Positions 60,604 to 64,000 of a stretch of DNA of 64,000 bases are shown here, one piece after another. The first letter of the stretch is position 1, and every line of letters starts with the position of its first letter. Both the position numbers and the translations under genes were made by a program. The notes below the pieces were generated by a model. It saw only the letters and a program-made list of their open reading frames with translations, had not been told where the DNA came from and searched no databases. Source of the stretch: Elsinoe ampelina (taxonomy: Eukaryota); contig ML992501.1 in NCBI GenBank assembly GCA_010093995.1, forward strand, positions 2,685,194-2,749,193. Reading direction: 5' to 3'.

Positions 60604-61508
60604 TCATACGAGATCGAGTCCCTGAAAGATATAGCTGTCCGGCTTCAAGGCAGCAAGAGCACGATCTCGTGCATCCTCTAGTGACTTGTAAGTGCCGTAG
60701 ATCCCGTGCTTGATTCCACAAGAAACATGTCGCTTGTTGTCGATGGCATGAATCGCACCACGAACGTATCTATGGCTTCGTCCAGCGGCAAGTCGTCCAG
60801 GTCTTCGAGGAGTTGAACCGCTTGGGAGGGACTCATCGGGGAACGACATTCGCAGCCTTCAGTAGTGTAGACGGCAGTGGAGAGTGCACTGCGAACACTG
60901 CGTTTGATCAAATTCTGGTAGCCGAGGAGAAGTACTACCAGCATCAGTATCAGCGACAGGAGCTCCATGAGATTCTTACGTTGCGTCCCAACGGGCAGCA
61001 GGCTATGCAGTTCTCTGATGGTGGTGACGAAGCAGACTTGGCGTAAAACCAACGCCAGGCTGATAGTTCTGAAGGCTTTCTTGCAGTAAAACGCTTCGGC
61101 GGTGGCCACGAGACGAAACATGTCCTCCAAATCTCGTTTCTTCACTTCGACACCAAGAAGTAGTCCTTCGACGACAGCACTTGCCGCTGCCTCGCACTGA
61201 TATTTCTTGCAGAGCACGGCGAGATCCGCAAAGACTGAAGGTGTCGGTGAAGCGCAATTGGTCATGGTCTTGAGGTGCAGGATCCGTAGCATGAGCTCAG
61301 TTGCATCTGGGCCGTCTTCTGGTAGTTCCACAGTCTTCGGTGCAGCGCTGGACAGTCCTTGAGCTTCGGAAAAATTGCCGGTGAACATAGCCTTGAAGAC
61401 GTCGGAACAATTGGCGAGAATGGCGGAGGATACCAAGTAGCGTTTGGTAGGAGAGTCGCCAGGGATGAGATAGACATCACCGATGCTGCAGAGCTCGATG
61501 GTCTCCAT
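60604..61508 (-). CDS. BTB/POZ domain protein B (intron 60935-60979; apparent 1-nt frameshift at ~60769)
   Basis: GDVYL...YLVSSAILANCSDVFKAMFTGNFSEAQ...LPED...MLRILH...LCKKYQC. Exon 2 has CEC, and CG..H appears only after the frame change. Confidence 0.78.
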
Positions 61509-61936
61509 GTTGGTTGGCTTACCGTGGTGGTGTGAGAGCGCGGTTGAGGACGTGATCATGACACTGAAGGTGACAAGTGGGAGTAAAAGTGAAGAAAACT
61601 GATATGGGTAGAAAAGAGTCTGCAATTTGTCTTGTGAGTGGGGCTTGTCACATGTCAGTCACCGGTCACGTGATGAGCTGTCTGGTAGGTTGGTTCATGT
61701 TTGCTGATGTGGCACAAACAACAGGATATTGAGACTTGACTGACCTGATTCTAAAGACCAACGATAATTCTATGCTGCGTCTCACGCCCTCTTCCCCTTC
61801 CGCCGTCTGTCACTCAGCTTGATCGACCATTGTCACAACCATCCCAGATCTCAAACACAATACCACTGTCCTGCTGTGTCATTCCTCAATTTCGTTGAAA
61901 CCAACGCCCTTCAAGTCGGAGTCCAGGCGGACGAAA

Positions 61937-62799
61937 TTAATGCAAGGCGTGTGATTGTACTTGTCGCGGGCGGGGAAGGGTATCATCTAGCGTGTGCAGT
62001 CCGCAATCGTTGAAGTCCTCTGGATTAAGACTCCTGATGGCATCCTGAGTGCATAAAGCAGCATCATAGGGAGTGACACGATCAATCCTAAGCATGAGAT
62101 CGATTGCTTTGGTCGCATCGAGATTGAAATGGCACTGACAGCGCCTATGCCCCCTCAAAACACTTTCGAAGAAGTACTTCAAGGAGCTTTTCATATCCTG
62201 GTACTCGGCGAAAATCTTGGCTACATATGTCAGATGTTGGTTCTGAGAAGAAAGCGTAAGTACGCACCTGTAATTTCGGCGTCAAATGTGGATGAGTCGG
62301 CGATGAGGCGTCCCATTTGTGCAGCATCCGTCTTGACCACCAGACTGCTGATCAATTCCACCAGCCGTGATTCATTCTGGGAGACTCTGGCAATGTTGGC
62401 GAGCTCGATCATCTCATCGTATTTTGACGTGAGGGGAATCTGAATCGATACCCAGTGCTCGAGAGTCGGGCGCATAGCCTCTAGGCAGTCGTACTTGTCA
62501 CAGAGTGTGACGAAGTCGTGACCCTCGTCAAGCCGCATAAGATGCCGCGAGGGATCAGTCCTGAAATGCGACACACGTAATAGAATCTCCAGTGACCTTT
62601 GCTTGTCTTCCTCAAGTGTGATTGTTTTTGGTTCAGTCTTGGATAGACCTTGGCCTTCTGTAAAACGGTTGGAAAACATGGCTCTAAAAACTGGGGAGAT
62701 GTTGCTGAGGATCACAGATGAGACTAGGAATCTCTTCTCACTACCAGACTCGGCGGTCAAGTAGACATCGCCGTCCATGCAGAGTTGGATCATCTCCAT
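61937..62799 (-). CDS. BTB/POZ domain protein C (intron 62221-62267)
   Basis: GDVYL...FLVSSVILSNISPVFRAMFSNRFTEGQ...LEED...LCDKYDC. Exon 2 has CQC...CGLH. Confidence 0.8.
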
Positions 62800-63199
62800 G
62801 CTGAGACTGAGATCTACTGTATCAATCCCGTGGTGGCGTCGACGCTGGTAGTGGTTTCGCAGGTTAAATTGTAAGATGGTGGGACAGAATGAATGTGGTG
62901 AATGAGAAAGGTTTCGCAAATGCAATAGGAGTGGGGTCGAGCATGTGAATCAGGCTTGTCACGTGATCTGCCTGCATGAATGGAATGTTTCATTTTTCCC
63001 GCGAGGTTACGTATCGAGGTCATGAAGCTGAGTCGGAAGAGTGGGATAATAGATTTTGACTGACCTAAGCATTCGTTGTAGTTCTCCTCGTCCAATCAGC
63101 TGCGCCTGTCCGATGCCTCCCTGTGAACATGTCCTGCGCTGATGTATGATCGAATCTGTCTATCCCGCCAACGCCGCTGATACAGTACGCCGCCAAGGA

Positions 63200-64000
63200 T
63201 CATGCCTTTAGGTCCTCCCACTTCAGCGGCCGGCTGACCTCGATGAGACTGAGGGTCATCAAGCTGATATTCATGATCTGATCCAGGCGACGATCATTTG
63301 GTGAATGCATTGACTTGCCACATTCTTTTATCATCTGGTTGTTGACTCCTCTCAGATACTGTAGCGCACTCGTGACACTCTCTTTGACCGAGATCGTGTC
63401 AATCTTATGGTAGAGCATAGCGATGTCCTCGGCTTTGATTTTGTAATGACACGTGCATCTCTTTGGGCCATCGACGACGTTTTTGAGAGCATCTTTGATG
63501 GCGTTCCTTTTCATCTCGCGAAGTTTGTGCACAGTCACTACCAGTATTAGTGTGTATATCTTCTGAACCCTTGGTAATCATCACCCAGCATCTTTGTTGT
63601 TAGAAGGCTGTCTTCACTCATAACATGATCCAACACAGGCTCAGCCGATTTGAATACCATCATGTGTATCAAGGTCTCGGAGTGGGCAGTCTCGTTGAAG
63701 AATAGCGCCATGTCCAGGAGATGCTCCATCTCGGCGAACACGAGATCAGGGGCGGTCAAATGTAAGGCGATCCACATTTCGGCGACGAATCCGACGGCGG
63801 CCGCGCAATCGTATTTGTCACAGACGACAGTGAAGCCACTACCAGCCGTGATTGGCATGAAGCGCTTGTTGGAACCAATCTTGAGGTGTAGAACGCGGAG
63901 TAAGATCTCCATGCTGGTAGGATCATCGTCCGGACATGTGAAGCTTTTGGGCGAGGCTGCTGAGATTCTTTCGTCTGCATTCCAGCGTTCCGAGAACGTC
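63200..64000 (-). CDS. BTB/POZ domain protein D (5' end beyond the window; intron 63538-63584)
   Basis: CPDDDPTSMEILLRVLH...VCDKYDC. Exon 2 has CTC...CGKSMH. Confidence 0.78.

Noticed and set aside
1..64000. tRNA, rRNA or intact transposase genes
   Set aside because: None recognised by eye. A tRNAscan-SE/Infernal run would be needed to exclude small RNAs.

Overview
This is eukaryotic, intron-containing DNA from a filamentous ascomycete (GT-AG introns of about 45-60 nt with CTRAC-type branch sites, plus RIP-like AT-rich DNA; Dothideomycete-like by inference). Bases 1-~900 are a RIP-degraded repeat. A housekeeping backbone follows: DOHH/LIA1, RPA12, SCC2/NIPBL, SUV3, SEC1, a 4CL-like peroxisomal CoA ligase, a CLC transporter, two histone-fold genes, a GILT-like gene, a GPI-anchored Cu-only SOD, an MDR oxidoreductase, TAZ1, MTG1, an alpha/beta hydrolase, a RING/RS-rich protein and an ABCC transporter. 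Two accessory blocks stand out. (1) At 15.7-25.9 kb, a multi-LysM gene is divergent from a subgroup-C (killer-toxin-like) GH18 chitinase. The chitinase has a Kex2-delimited C-terminal domain with an HNH-like motif and abuts two tandem 'KWGWVIYRTSY' paralogs with mitochondrial-type presequences. This is a candidate fungal toxin/immunity module (inference). (2) There is a six-member family of divergent BTB/POZ-like genes (one at 41.6 kb, five at 58-64 kb). Two of them are followed by ~74-75 bp periodic arrays built on a CTGGTAGTA/TACTACCAG core. Several single-base frameshifts may be assembly errors. All gene calls rest on motif recognition; no database search was run.
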